Positions 10,533 to 20,839 of a DNA stretch of 64,000 bases are shown here, in pieces. The DNA comes from an uncultured Chloroflexia bacterium. GTDB taxonomy: Bacteria; Chloroflexota; Limnocylindria; Limnocylindrales; CSP1-4. Position numbers and translations under genes: made by a program. Each line of letters opens with the position of its first letter. The stretch's first letter is position 1. A model generated the notes under the pieces. That model did not search any database, had not been told where the DNA came from, and worked only from the letters and a program-made list of their open reading frames with translations. The stretch covers positions 152,865-216,864 of the forward strand of contig CAVXVP010000020.1 of the NCBI GenBank assembly GCA_963765245.1, given 5' to 3'.

Positions 10533-12134
10533 GTGACTGGTACGGCTCGCGATCGAACGGGCTGCCTCCCGGCATCGAGCTCCGGCGTGAGCCGGTCCCG
10601 GGCGCCGACCGGATCCTGACCCACGACGCGCTGGCGTTCGTGGCCGACCTCCAGCGCCGCTTCGGCCCGCTGCGGCTCGAGCTCCTGCAGCGCCGGAAGG
10701 AGCGCCAGGTCGAGCTCGAATCGGGCGCCCGGCCCGACTTCCTGACGGCGACCCGGGAGGTCCGCGAGGCGGACTGGACCGTCGCCCCGGCACCGCCCGA
10801 CTTCGACGACCGGCGGGTCGAGATCACCGGGCCGGCCGAGCCCAAGATGCTCATCAACGCCCTCAATTCGGGCGCCCGCGTCTTCATGGCCGACCTCGAG
10901 GACTCGCTGTCGCCGACGTGGGCCAACGTCGTCGGCGGCCAGGCGGCGCTCGCAGACGCGGTCCGCCGCACGCTCACGTTCAATTCGCCCGAGGGCAAGG
11001 CGTACCGGCTGAACGACGAGATCGCCACGCTCGTCGTCCGGCCACGCGGCTGGCACCTCGTCGAGTCGGGGATGCTCGTCGACGGCGTGCCGGTCTCGGC
11101 CAGCCTGTTCGACTTCGGGCTGTTCCTGTTCCACAACGGCGCCGAGACCCTGCGGCGGGGGAGCGGGCCGTACCTCTACCTCGCCAAGCTCGAGTCGCAC
11201 CACGAGGCGCGGCTCTGGAACGAGGTCTTCATCCACGGCCAGGTCGCGCTCGGGATCCCACGCGGCTCGATCCGGGCGACCGTCCTGATCGAAACGATCC
11301 TCGCCGCCTTCGAGATGGACGAGATCCTGTACGAGCTGCGCGAACACGCGGCCGGGCTCAACGCCGGGCGCTGGGACTACCTGTTCAGCGGGATCAAGAA
11401 GCTGCGGTCGTGGCCCGAGCTGGCCGTCCCGGATCGGTCACAGCTGACGATGACCGTCCCGTTCATGCGCGCCTACACGGAGCTGCTCGTGCGGACCTGC
11501 CACCGCCGCGGCGCGCACGCGATCGGCGGCATGGCCGCGTTCATCCCGAACCGCCGCGACCCGGCCGTGACCGAGGTCGCGCTGGCCAAGGTCCGCGACG
11601 ACAAGGAGCGCGAGATCCGGCGACGGCTTCGACGGCACGTGGGTGGCTCACCCCGACCTCGTCCCGGTCGCCATGGAGGTCTTCGATCGCGTCCTCGGCG
11701 ACCGGCCGAACCAGAAGGAGCGGCTGCGCGAGGACGTCTCCGTCAGCGCGGCCGAGCTGCTCGACCTGCGCGTGCCCGGCGGCGCGGTCACGGAGGCCGG
11801 GATCCGGGCCAACATCCGGGTCGCGCTGGCCTATCTCGATTCGTGGCTGCGCGGCGTCGGCGCGGCCGCCATCGACAACCTGATGGAGGACGCCGCGACC
11901 GCCGAGATCTCGCGCTCGCAGCTCTGGCACTGGCGGACGCACGGCGTCGCCCTCGCCGACGGGCGCGTGTTCGACGAGGCGCTCTACGCCTCGATCCGGG
12001 ACGAGGAGCTCGCCCGTCTCGGGGGCGCGACGGAAGGTCGCCTGTCCGAGGCGGCCGGCCTGCTCGATCGCCTCGTCCTCGACGACGACTTCGCCGAGTT
12101 CCTGACGCTGCGGGCCTATTCGCTCTTGGAATAG
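10533..12134 (+). CDS. aceB: Malate synthase A (frameshifts near 10545 and 11627)
   Basis: [65 protein letters not shown]. Confidence 0.93.
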
Positions 12135-12146
12135 CGCTGGGGACGC

Positions 12147-12167
12147 GGCCCGATCGTGGCTCGGGCC
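12147..12167. terminator. Possible bidirectional terminator hairpin between convergent aceB and hydantoinase
   Basis: GGCCCGA-N7-TCGGGCC; no strong U tract. Confidence 0.4.
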
Positions 12168-12182
12168 TCCGCCTTCTCGGGT

Positions 12183-12240
12183 TGATGCTTGATTTGGGGC
12201 GCTCGCGTTCGCCTTGATTCGGTATGCCAATGGGCGGCAT
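12183..12240 (+). repeat. Bipartite repeat copy A
   Basis: TGATGCTTGAT (12183-12193) + 30 nt + ATGCCAATGGGCGGCAT (12224-12240). Confidence 0.9.
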
Positions 12241-12259
12241 ATCCGCGGGTGGCGCTCGT

Positions 12260-13664
12260 TCAAGAGCCGACGGCGCCGCGTTCGACGTAGGCCCCGGCGC
12301 CGCGCCGGCCGACGAATTCGCCGTCGCGGATGACCGCCCGTCCCCGGACGAAGACGCCGCGGACCGCGCCGGAGACCTCGAGGCCCTCGTACGGCGTGTA
12401 GTCGCTCGTGTGATGGAGATCGGCGGCGCGGATGGTGCGGTGCGCGGCCGGATCGAACAGGACGACGTCGGCGTCGCGCCCGACCTCGATCGCGCCCTTG
12501 GTCGCCAGGCCGAACCGCCGGGCGGGCGTCGTCGCCAGCAGGTCGACCATCCGCTCGAGCGTGATCCGTCCCTTGGCGACGCCCTCGCTGTAGACGATCG
12601 CGAGGAGCGTCTCGATGCCGGGTGCGCCGTTGCTGATCTGGTCGAACGAGACGCCTGCCCCGGCCTCGGCCTTTTCGACCGCCACCCGATCTGCGACGTG
12701 GTCGGTGGCGACCAGGTCGAGCGATCCGTCGGCCAGCCCTTCCCACAACGCGTCGCGATCGGCGGCGGAGCGCAGCGGCGGCGAGATGACGAAGCAGGCG
12801 CACGAGACCGGATCGGGGTCGTCGTAGCGCTCCTCGGTCAGAACGAGGTAGTGCGGGCAGGTCTCGGCCGAGACGCGAACGCCGGCCGCCTTGGCTCGTC
12901 GGACCTCGTCGAGCGCCGCGGCCGACGAGAGGTGGACGACGTGGACCGGCGCGTCCGCCATCCGCGCGAACGCCAGCGCTCGGGCGGTCGCCACGGCTTC
13001 GACATAGCTCGGTCGCGTCGTCGCGTGGTAGCGAGGCGCGACGTCACCACGCGGCCAACGCAGCGCTGACGGCGGCGTCGAGCAGCACCGGGTCCTCGCA
13101 GTGGACCTGGAGCATCCCGCCGTGGCGGCTCATGACCCCCATCGCGTCGAACAGCCGAGCGTCCGGCAGCCGGAAGTCGAAGACCATGAACGCCTTGGAG
13201 GTCGCCACGCCCGCGTCGATCGTCGCGGGCAGCTCCGCCAGCGGGTCGTCGCAATGCCCGCTGACCGCGAGGCTCAGCCCGACATCGATCGCGGAGTCGC
13301 CGTCGGTGGCGGCGCGCCATTCGCGGACACCGGTCAGCAGCGAGCGCTCGGCCGCGGGCGACGATCCCGTCCCCGGGTTGTTGAACGACAGGAAGGTCGT
13401 GGTGCCGCCGAAGGCCGCTGCCACCGAATCCTGGAAGAACCGATCCGGTTCCGCGTCCGACGCCACGCGCGTGTGCGTATGGACGTCGACGACACCGGGG
13501 AGGACGAGCAGCCCGGTCGCGTCGATCACCTCGTCGGCGCCAGCCGCACGACCACTCAGGTCCGGCTCGATCGCGGTGATCCGCCCGCCATCGATCGCGA
13601 CATCCGCGATCCGCGAGCCACCGGCGGTCACGACCGTCCCGCCGCGAACGACAAGCGCGGTCAT
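12260..13664 (-). CDS. Dihydropyrimidinase/hydantoinase family cyclic amidohydrolase (frameshift near 13050)
   Basis: VRGGTVV, PGVVDVHTH, AAAFGGTT, SKAFM, QVHCED, VVHLS, AETCPHYL, ATDH, NGAPGIE, IEVGRDADVVLFDP. Confidence 0.88.
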
Positions 13665-13698
13665 CCAGTTACCCCGTCACCCACATCACCGCGGCGTT

Positions 13699-13757
13699 AT
13701 GCCGCCTATTGGCATCAAAGAAACGGAACCTCGCCAACTGGCCGAAATCAAGCATCA
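13699..13757 (-). repeat. Bipartite repeat copy B (inverted relative to A)
   Basis: ATGCCGCCTATTGGCAT (13699-13715) + 31 nt + ATCAAGCATCA (13747-13757). Confidence 0.9.
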
Positions 13758-13774
13758 ACCGCGCGCTGGTGCGG

Positions 13775-14197
13775 TCACTCGACCTCGCGGATCGAGATCG
13801 CCTGCGCGCCCTCCCACAGGCAGCGCCGGCCCATCTCGCGGAGGCGGTCGTCCCAGCCGTCATCGGCGACCACCGTCGCGAAGTGATTGGCCGCCAGCTG
13901 CCCCACCTTCGACGCCGTCGTGCAGCCGCCGTACGGGAAGAAGATCTCGCACTCGCTGATGCCGCCCGGGTAGATCGCCAGCTGGCCGGGCGCCGGATGC
14001 GAGGTGTGGTTCTCGTAGTCGAGACCCGGCCGGAAGTCGCCGAACGGGATCCACGTCGACTCGCCCGTCCAGCGACAGTGGATCAGCTTCGACTCGATCG
14101 GCAGCATGTGCCGGATCGCCTCGATCGTCCGGGGCGCGGCGGCCTCCCAGCGGGCGCTAAAGTGGAGGTCGCCGACGATGATCTGCAACGTTCCCAT
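13775..14197 (-). CDS. DUF3830 family protein (cyclophilin-like fold)
   Basis: APRT...LP...IHCRWTGE...ENHTSHPAPGQLAIYPGGISECEIFFPYG...ASKVGQLAANHFAT. Confidence 0.8.
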   Translation of the reverse strand: MGTLQIIVGDLHFSARWEAAAPRTIEAIRHMLPIESKLIHCRWTGESTWIPFGDFRPGLDYENHTSHPAPGQLAIYPGGISECEIFFPYGGCTTASKVGQLAANHFATVVADDGWDDRLREMGRRCLWEGAQAISIREVE

Positions 14198-14211
14198 CGG
14201 TGGAGGATAGC

Positions 14212-14592
14212 GTGGCGCAGGGCGCGAATCACCCGGTCCCGACCATCTCGACCCACGTCCTGGACACGGAACGTGGGATGCCGGCGGCCGGCGTCCACGT
14301 CACGCTCTACCGGATCGCCGACGATGGGCGTCCCTTTCGCCTGACCCAGGCTCTCACCGACGCCGACGGCCGGGTCGCCGACCTGCTCGACCGGCCGCTG
14401 ACGGCGGGCGATTACCGGCTCGAATTCGCCCTCACCCATGAGCTCGATGACGCGGCGCCCGGAGCGCCCCCACCCTCGGATCCGTTCTTCAGGCGCCTCA
14501 CCGTGGATCTGCGGGTGACCGACACGTCACGCAGCTACCACGTCCCGTTGTTGCTGGCGCCGTACTCGATGACGACCTACCGCGGCAGTTAG
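14212..14592 (+). CDS. uraH: 5-hydroxyisourate hydrolase (transthyretin-like)
   Basis: TISTHVLDTERGMPAAGV, TDADGR, GDYRLEF, PFF, YHVPLLLAPYSMTTYRGS; exact start uncertain. Confidence 0.93.
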   Translation: MAQGANHPVPTISTHVLDTERGMPAAGVHVTLYRIADDGRPFRLTQALTDADGRVADLLDRPLTAGDYRLEFALTHELDDAAPGAPPPSDPFFRRLTVDLRVTDTSRSYHVPLLLAPYSMTTYRGS

Positions 14593-16664
14593 CGCAGGAT
14601 CGCGAAGGCGTCGATATCGACCCGTGGGTGGTGCAGGGTCCCGACCACGACCGCCCTGACCGTATGCGCACCCGAGGTCGACCACGATCGTGCCGCGACC
14701 ACGACCCGTGGCACGGAGCTCGATCGGTGCAGGCTGACGGTCCCGACGTACGCGCCATCGACGTAGAGCTTCAGGCTGCCGCGAGTCGGACCCTTCGGGG
14801 AGATCAGCGCGAAGGCACGGCCGGTGAACCGGAACGTGGCGGCGGCGCCGGCGCGCGAGGCGTAGTGGGTCTGACCGCCCGAGGCCGATGACGTCGAGTA
14901 CGTCCGCCACGACCTGTTGTAGGTGACCCTCGAGTTCGTGTCCTGGTAGCGCAGCGGGGCGATCGCCGGCCCGGTTGCGAAGGCTCCCCAGTTACCGGCT
15001 CCGTCACGCGCTCGGTCGCGGAAGCCATACGCGAGCCCGAACCTCAGCGTCCGCGAGGTGCTCCGGGCCGTGGTCGAGCCGATGGCCGTGACCCACGGTC
15101 CGACACCTGTCTGCGTCTGGAGGTTGTAGGCGGCCACTCCGTTCAGATCGTCGGTGGCGCTCGCCCAGCCGACGCGGGTCGGGATGCTGGAGCTGCCCAT
15201 CGTCGTGCCCACCGTGAATCCGAAGCTCGTCGGGGCGTTGGCGGTCGGGCCCGTGCTGTCGAGCGCCTTGTAGGCATCGACCACCCGGCCCGTGACGGTC
15301 ATCCCGGCCGTTGCCGCGTCGGGCTTGCCGGTCGCCAGCACGCGTGCCTTCAGCCCGTTCGGATCGGCGGCCAGAGCGGGAAAGACCGAGGCGACCAGGG
15401 CGGCCGTGCCGGTGACGTGTGGTGCCGCCATCGAGGTGCCGTCCATCCAGGCCCACCCTTGCGGGTACCCGTCTTCCGCCGGCACCGAGCTGAGGATCCC
15501 TTCGCCCGGCGCGGCGATGTCGATGGTCTTCTTGCCGTAGTTCGAGAACCCGGCCATGCCCCCCGTGTTGTCGATGGCAGCGACCGACAGGATGTTCGGC
15601 AGATCGAACGCCGCCGGCAGGTCCGGGAGCGGGTTCGTGTCGCTGTCGTCGCTGTCGTTGCCGGCCGCGGCCACGAAGAGCATCCCCGAGGTCTTGATCG
15701 CGTCGTACAGAGGCAGCGCCTTCTTCGGGTCCCCGTAGGCGCCCCACGAGGCATTGACGATGTGGACCCCGAAGGACTTGGCGTACGCGATCGCGGCGAT
15801 CGCCTGGGAGTCGCGCCCACAGTCCCTGGGCTTGTCGGCGCTGATGAACTTCAAGGCCATGATCGAGACGCTCGGAGCGACGCCGACGACGCCGATGCCG
15901 TTCAGCGATCCGGCGATCGTGCCGGCGACGTGGGTCCCGTGCCCGTCCTGGTCGTCGTCGTGGACGCTGTTGTCGTTGTGGCAGAAGTCCCAGCCGTGGA
16001 CGTCATCGACGTAGCCGTTGTTGTCATCGTCGATGCCGTTGGTTTCGCGACCGTCGCCCGATTCGCCGGGGTTCGTCCAGGCACGGTCGGCAAGGTCGGG
16101 GTGAGTGAAGTCGACGCCGTCATCGATGAGCGCGACGACCGTTGACGGGTCACCGGTCGTGACGCCGAGCGCCTGGCGGGCGTCGATGTCGGCATCGGGT
16201 GAGCCCTCCGACGCGGGATAGCCGCTGCTCTGGCCCAGGTTCTCGAGTCCCCACAGCTCGTCCCACAGCGGCTCCCCGGTCGGATCCGCATCGAGGAAGC
16301 GTCGATGGTCGACGCTCACGCTGAGGACGTCCGGGTCGGCCTGAAGTCTCGCGACCACGTCGCGCGCGTGCCCGGTCGGGGCCTGGAGCGCGACGGACCG
16401 GGTATTCGGCAGGTTCTTGGAGTGCCGGGTGCCGGTCGCGCGCACCGTCGACGAGCGCGCGGCCGGTGTCGTGCCTGGCCGGAACGTGACGATCAGGCTG
16501 TCCGGGTCGTCCGCGGTCGGTCGTTGCCACGCCGGACCGACGTGCCGCAGCTTGGGCGTGCCGGGACCCGGCGACGCGGCCTGGGCGGGGATGACGATCA
16601 CGACAGCGAGGAGGACGGCCGCCGCGACGGCGAACGGACGAGATGCGGAGCGGGCCGGGGACAT
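14589..16664 (-). CDS. Secreted S8 (subtilase) serine peptidase with C-terminal FN3-like and beta-rich domains
   Basis: Signal peptide; VALIDDGVD, HGTHVAGTI, AAAGND, GTSMAAPHV catalytic triad. Confidence 0.92.
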   Translation of the reverse strand: MSPARSASRPFAVAAAVLLAVVIVIPAQAASPGPGTPKLRHVGPAWQRPTADDPDSLIVTFRPGTTPAARSSTVRATGTRHSKNLPNTRSVALQAPTGHARDVVARLQADPDVLSVSVDHRRFLDADPTGEPLWDELWGLENLGQSSGYPASEGSPDADIDARQALGVTTGDPSTVVALIDDGVDFTHPDLADRAWTNPGESGDGRETNGIDDDNNGYVDDVHGWDFCHNDNSVHDDDQDGHGTHVAGTIAGSLNGIGVVGVAPSVSIMALKFISADKPRDCGRDSQAIAAIAYAKSFGVHIVNASWGAYGDPKKALPLYDAIKTSGMLFVAAAGNDSDDSDTNPLPDLPAAFDLPNILSVAAIDNTGGMAGFSNYGKKTIDIAAPGEGILSSVPAEDGYPQGWAWMDGTSMAAPHVTGTAALVASVFPALAADPNGLKARVLATGKPDAATAGMTVTGRVVDAYKALDSTGPTANAPTSFGFTVGTTMGSSSIPTRVGWASATDDLNGVAAYNLQTQTGVGPWVTAIGSTTARSTSRTLRFGLAYGFRDRARDGAGNWGAFATGPAIAPLRYQDTNSRVTYNRSWRTYSTSSASGGQTHYASRAGAAATFRFTGRAFALISPKGPTRGSLKLYVDGAYVGTVSLHRSSSVPRVVVAARSWSTSGAHTVRAVVVGTLHHPRVDIDAFAILR

Positions 16665-16741
16665 TTGACCTCGACTGAGGGGTCTTGCGAATGCGGCCGA
16701 TCGCTCGGCGAGCGCAATCCTACGCGGGAACGCCGTGCATG

Positions 16742-16762
16742 CGTGACACGCTAGATGTCACG
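16742..16762. promoter_or_regulatory. Palindromic operator-like site between divergent genes
   Basis: CGTGACA-N7-TGTCACG. Confidence 0.4.
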
Positions 16763-16784
16763 GGTATGCCCCACCGTTCGGGTC

Positions 16785-18070
16785 ATGCACGCGACCGTCC
16801 TTCCGATCAGCACCATCCCGCCCGCCGGCGACGCGACCGAGCCGACGACCCGTGTCCGCCTCGACGGGGAGCGGATCATCGTCGAGCGCCTCGTCGTCCA
16901 CGATCCGGCGCTTGCGGCGTTCCTTGCCGAGCGCCCGGCCGACGACCGACCGGCCCTTCTCGAGCGCGGGCTCCGGATCGGCCTGCTGGCCCTCCAGGAT
17001 GCCGGCGTCACGGTCAACGTCGACGTCGTCCGGGCCGAGTTCGAGAAGCTCATGCGCCAGGCCGAATCGGTCAACGAGAAGGCCGCCCTCGCGCTCGAGG
17101 GGACGTTGCGCGCCAACTTCGCCGATGGCGACGGCCGTCTGCCGCGCACGCTCGAGAAGTTCCTCGGTGACCGCGGTGCCCTCAAGACGATGGTCGAGGA
17201 GCTATTCGACGAGAAGAAGCGCGACAGCGCGATCGGGCGGATCGGCACCATGCTCGAGCGCTATTTCGACGGTGACGCCTCCAAGCTCGCCCACCTGCTC
17301 GACCCGACGCGGCTCAACTCCCCGATGCACCAGTTCCGCCAGGAGATGACCGCCGGCTTCAAGTCGCTCGAGGAGCGGCTGGTCGCGATCGAGGCGGCGG
17401 CGGCGGCTCGTGGCGCCGAACGCGCACGATCCGCGGCCAAGGGCGGCGACTTCGAGGACCTCCTCGAGGCGATGCTGGCCGACCTCGCCCGCGGCGCCGG
17501 CGACCTGCTCGACCGGACCGGGACCGAGGCCGGTGCCCTGCTCAAGTCGAAGAAGGGCGATTTCGTCCTGTCGCTGGACGCGCGGGTCGCCCGCGGCTGC
17601 GACGTCCGGGTCGTCATCGAGGCCAAGGACCGGCCGATGTCGATGCGCGCGATGCGCGACGAGCTGCGCGAGGCCAAGGAGAACCGGGGAGCGTGCGTCG
17701 CGGTCGCGATCTTCACGCCGTCCCACGCTCCGTCCGGGGTCGCGCCGTTCAACCTGGTCGGTGACGACGTCTACTGCGTCATCGATCCAGACGATCCGGA
17801 CCCGGCGACCCTCGAAGCCGCGATCCGGCTCGCCCGCCTGCTCGCGCTCGCGTCGCTGGTCGAGCACGAGGTCGAGGTCGACGCCGCGGCGATCGCGGCC
17901 GCGCTGACCGCCATCCGCGAGCAGCTCGAGGTCGTTCGCCAGCTCAAGGCCCAGTTGACGTCGATCTCGACCGCGACCAAGGCGGTCTGGACCGGTCTCG
18001 ACACGATGCGCTCGAACATCCTGACCCGGGTGATCGAGGCGAAGGGGAGCTCCGCACGCAGGCCGGATGA
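16785..18070 (+). CDS. Coiled-coil protein with PD-(D/E)xK-like nuclease domain (RmuC/DUF2130-like); probable frameshift near 18041
   Basis: Long helical region, then AKGGDFED...KKGDFV...VVIEAKD; corrected C-terminus ...EGELRTQAG*. Confidence 0.65.
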
Positions 18071-18073
18071 CTC

Positions 18074-18194
18074 CCTCGGCGGCCAGGCGTGTCAGTCCGA
18101 AGGCGCCCGGGAGCACGAGAGCGAGCGCACCCCAAGGTGCGTGAGCGAGCGCGCGGACCGGGCAACGCGCGGATGGCGCGTCTGGCCGCCGAGG
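18074..18194. other. ~120-nt multi-stem palindromic intergenic element
   Basis: CCTCGGCGGCCAG / CTGGCCGCCGAGG outer stem extended by G-U pairs; inner GCCCGG/CCGGGC and GCGCACC-CCAA-GGTGCGT. Confidence 0.65.
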
Positions 18195-18280
18195 ACTATC
18201 TGTACCCCGGACACCATGACTACACCTAATGGGACCAAGGGGCCGTAGGCGCACTCGGGGATCGGGCGCAGATTGCCTGA

Positions 18281-20716
18281 ATGCACCGACGGATCGCGCC
18301 CCTGTTCCTCGCCGTGCTCATCGCCCTCCCGGTCGTTGCCCCGGTGAGCGCGGCCGACCCCACGGCGTCCCCCTCGAGCGAGCCGACCGAGGCCCCGGTC
18401 GCGACCCCCGAACCGACACCGACCGAGCCGGCCCCGACCGCCGAACCGAGCACCGACCGAGGCGACCCCGACCGAGTCCCCGACCACCGAGCCCTCGGTC
18501 GAGCCGTCCACTGAGCCCAGCACGGAACCGGCGCCCGACGCCAGCCTCGCGGCTCCGGCCGCCGAGGGCGCACCCGATACGACCGGCCGCTTCATCGTCA
18601 TGCTCAAGAACGGGACGGACACATCCGCGGTCGTCTCGAAGGTCCGCAAGCGCGACGGCGTCACCGCCGACCGATCCTTCACCCGCGCGTTCCGCGGCTT
18701 CTCGGCCAAGCTCGACAAGAAGCAGAAGCGCGACCTGCTCGATGACCCGAATGTCGTCGCGGTCGTCCCCGACGAGGTCGTCCATCTCACCCAGACGATC
18801 CCGACGGGCATCTCGCGCGTCGGTGGCCGGGTCAACACCCTGGCCGCGATCGACGGCTCCGACCGGCGGGTCGACGCGGACGTCGCGATCGTCGACACCG
18901 GCATCACCGCCGTGCCCGACCTCAACGTCGCCGGCGGCTACAACTGCTCGACCACCGACCGCACGGCCTGGCGTGACAAGAACAACCACGGAACGCACGT
19001 GGCCGGCACGGTCGCCGCCCTCGACAACAGCTTCGGCGTCGTCGGTGTCGCACCGGGTGCGCGCGTCTGGGGCGTCAAGATCCTCAACGACGACGGCTAC
19101 GGCCTGATCTCGTGGTACGTCTGCGGCCTCGATTGGATCCTCGCCCAGCGCGACCCCAACGACGCGAGCCGGCCGCTGTTCGAGGCGGTGAACATGAGCG
19201 TCACCAAGGCCGGCTCGGACGACCACAACTGCGGACTGACCAACAACGACCCGCTCCACCAGGCGATCTGCCGGGTCATCGCCGGCGGCATCACCGTCGT
19301 CGCCGCGGCCGCCAACGACCATCACAGCGCGTCGCTCAACATCCCGGCCAGCTACGACGAGGTCATCACCGTCTCGGCCCTCGCCGACACGGACGGCAAG
19401 GCGGGCGGACTCGGGGGCAATCGCTGCTTCTCGTGGGGCGGCTACGACAAGGACGACACGTTCGCCGACTTCAGCAACTACGGCTTCGACGTCGACATCA
19501 TGGCCCCCGGCAAATGCATCCTGTCGACGATCCCGGGCCCCGGCTACGCCTACATGTCCGGCACCTCGATGGCGGCCCCGACCGTCACCGGCGCGGTCGC
19601 GCTCTACAAGTCGAGCCGCCCGAACGCGACGCCGGCGGAGGTCCGCGAGGCGCTCCGCTACCTGGGCAACCTGAACTGGAAGACCTCGACCGACCCCGAT
19701 TCCACGCACGAGCCGCTGCTCGACGTCTCGAGGATCGGCAGTCTCGGGACATTCGCGCTGAGCCCCGGCTCTTCGACCGTCGCCACGGTCGAGGCCGGCA
19801 CGACCGGTACCGTCCCGATCACGGTCGCGCGCAGCTCGACCTTCTTCGAGCGGGTCAGCCTGTCGGCGACCTCACTTCCGCCGGGGTGGACAGCGGTCTC
19901 GACGAGCGTCATGGGCTGGACCGCAACCGCGGCTGGCGTGTCGGTCACCGTTCCCAAGGGCACGCCGGTCGGGACGTATCAGATGACCGTCCAGGGCACG
20001 AACCAGGGCCGCACCGTCAGCACGAACGTCTCGGTCAACGTCACCTTCGACCTGCCGACCGCCCAGCCGCCCGTCGCGACATTCGGCAAGGGTCTCCAGA
20101 TGGCGACCAGCACACTCCCGACGCGCATCGCGTGGCCCGCCGCGACCGACCCTTCGAGCCCCATCAACGGGTACGAGGTGCAGAGCCAGCGTCAACGGCG
20201 CAGCCTGGGCCAACACACTTGCGACGACGTCCGCACAGCGCGAGGTCGTCTACCCGCTGGCCTTCGACACAACCTACAAGTTCCGCGTCCGTGCCCTCGA
20301 TACGGCCGGCAACTGGGGGACGTGGGTCGAATCCGCGATCACCACGCGGGTCCATCCGTCGACGATCGCAGTTCGTCGGTCGTCCGGACCAGCGGCTGGA
20401 CGCTAGGTACCAGTTCATCCGCGTACAAGAGGACGACCACCGGCTCGTCGCGTTCCTCGGCCAAGATCAAGCTCACCTTCACGGGCCACCGGTGGCAGTC
20501 GTCGGCCCGAAGAGCCCGAAGCGCGGCAAGGCCAAGGTCTACATCGATGGCGTCTACATCACGACGATCAACATGAAGTCCTCCAGCACCCTCTACCGTC
20601 AGATCGTGTTCACGCGGGCCTTCCCGGCGGGCGGCACGCACAGGATCACGCTGCAGCCGACCGGGACGACCGCTTACCCGCTGTTCCGGCTTGATGCGTT
20701 CGTCGTCTCGAAGTAG
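18281..20716 (+). CDS. Secreted S8 serine peptidase with Pro/Thr/Glu linker, I9 propeptide and C-terminal domains (frameshifts near 18460, 20190, 20330, 20490)
   Basis: Signal peptide MHRRIAPLFLAVLIALP; VAIVDTGI, HGTHVAGTV, AAAND, SGTSMAAP; ends FRLDAFVVSK*. Confidence 0.88.
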
Positions 20717-20742
20717 GCGCGCGCAAGGCACGTGGTGAGGGC

Positions 20743-20765
20743 CGCGCAAGGCCATCTCTTGCGCG
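20743..20765 (+). terminator. Possible terminator hairpin after the S8 gene
   Basis: CGCGCAAG-N7-CTTGCGCG. Confidence 0.35.
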
Positions 20766-20839
20766 AGTGCGCTATGGTGACCGTCCAGACCCCGCGGACC
20801 GGGTGATCCGCGGGCGATCGGCGACATCACGAGGTCTAC

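Noticed and set aside
18355-18545. GAGCCGACC-type tandem repeats
   Set aside because: They encode a Pro/Thr/Glu linker of the S8 protease, a common low-complexity feature
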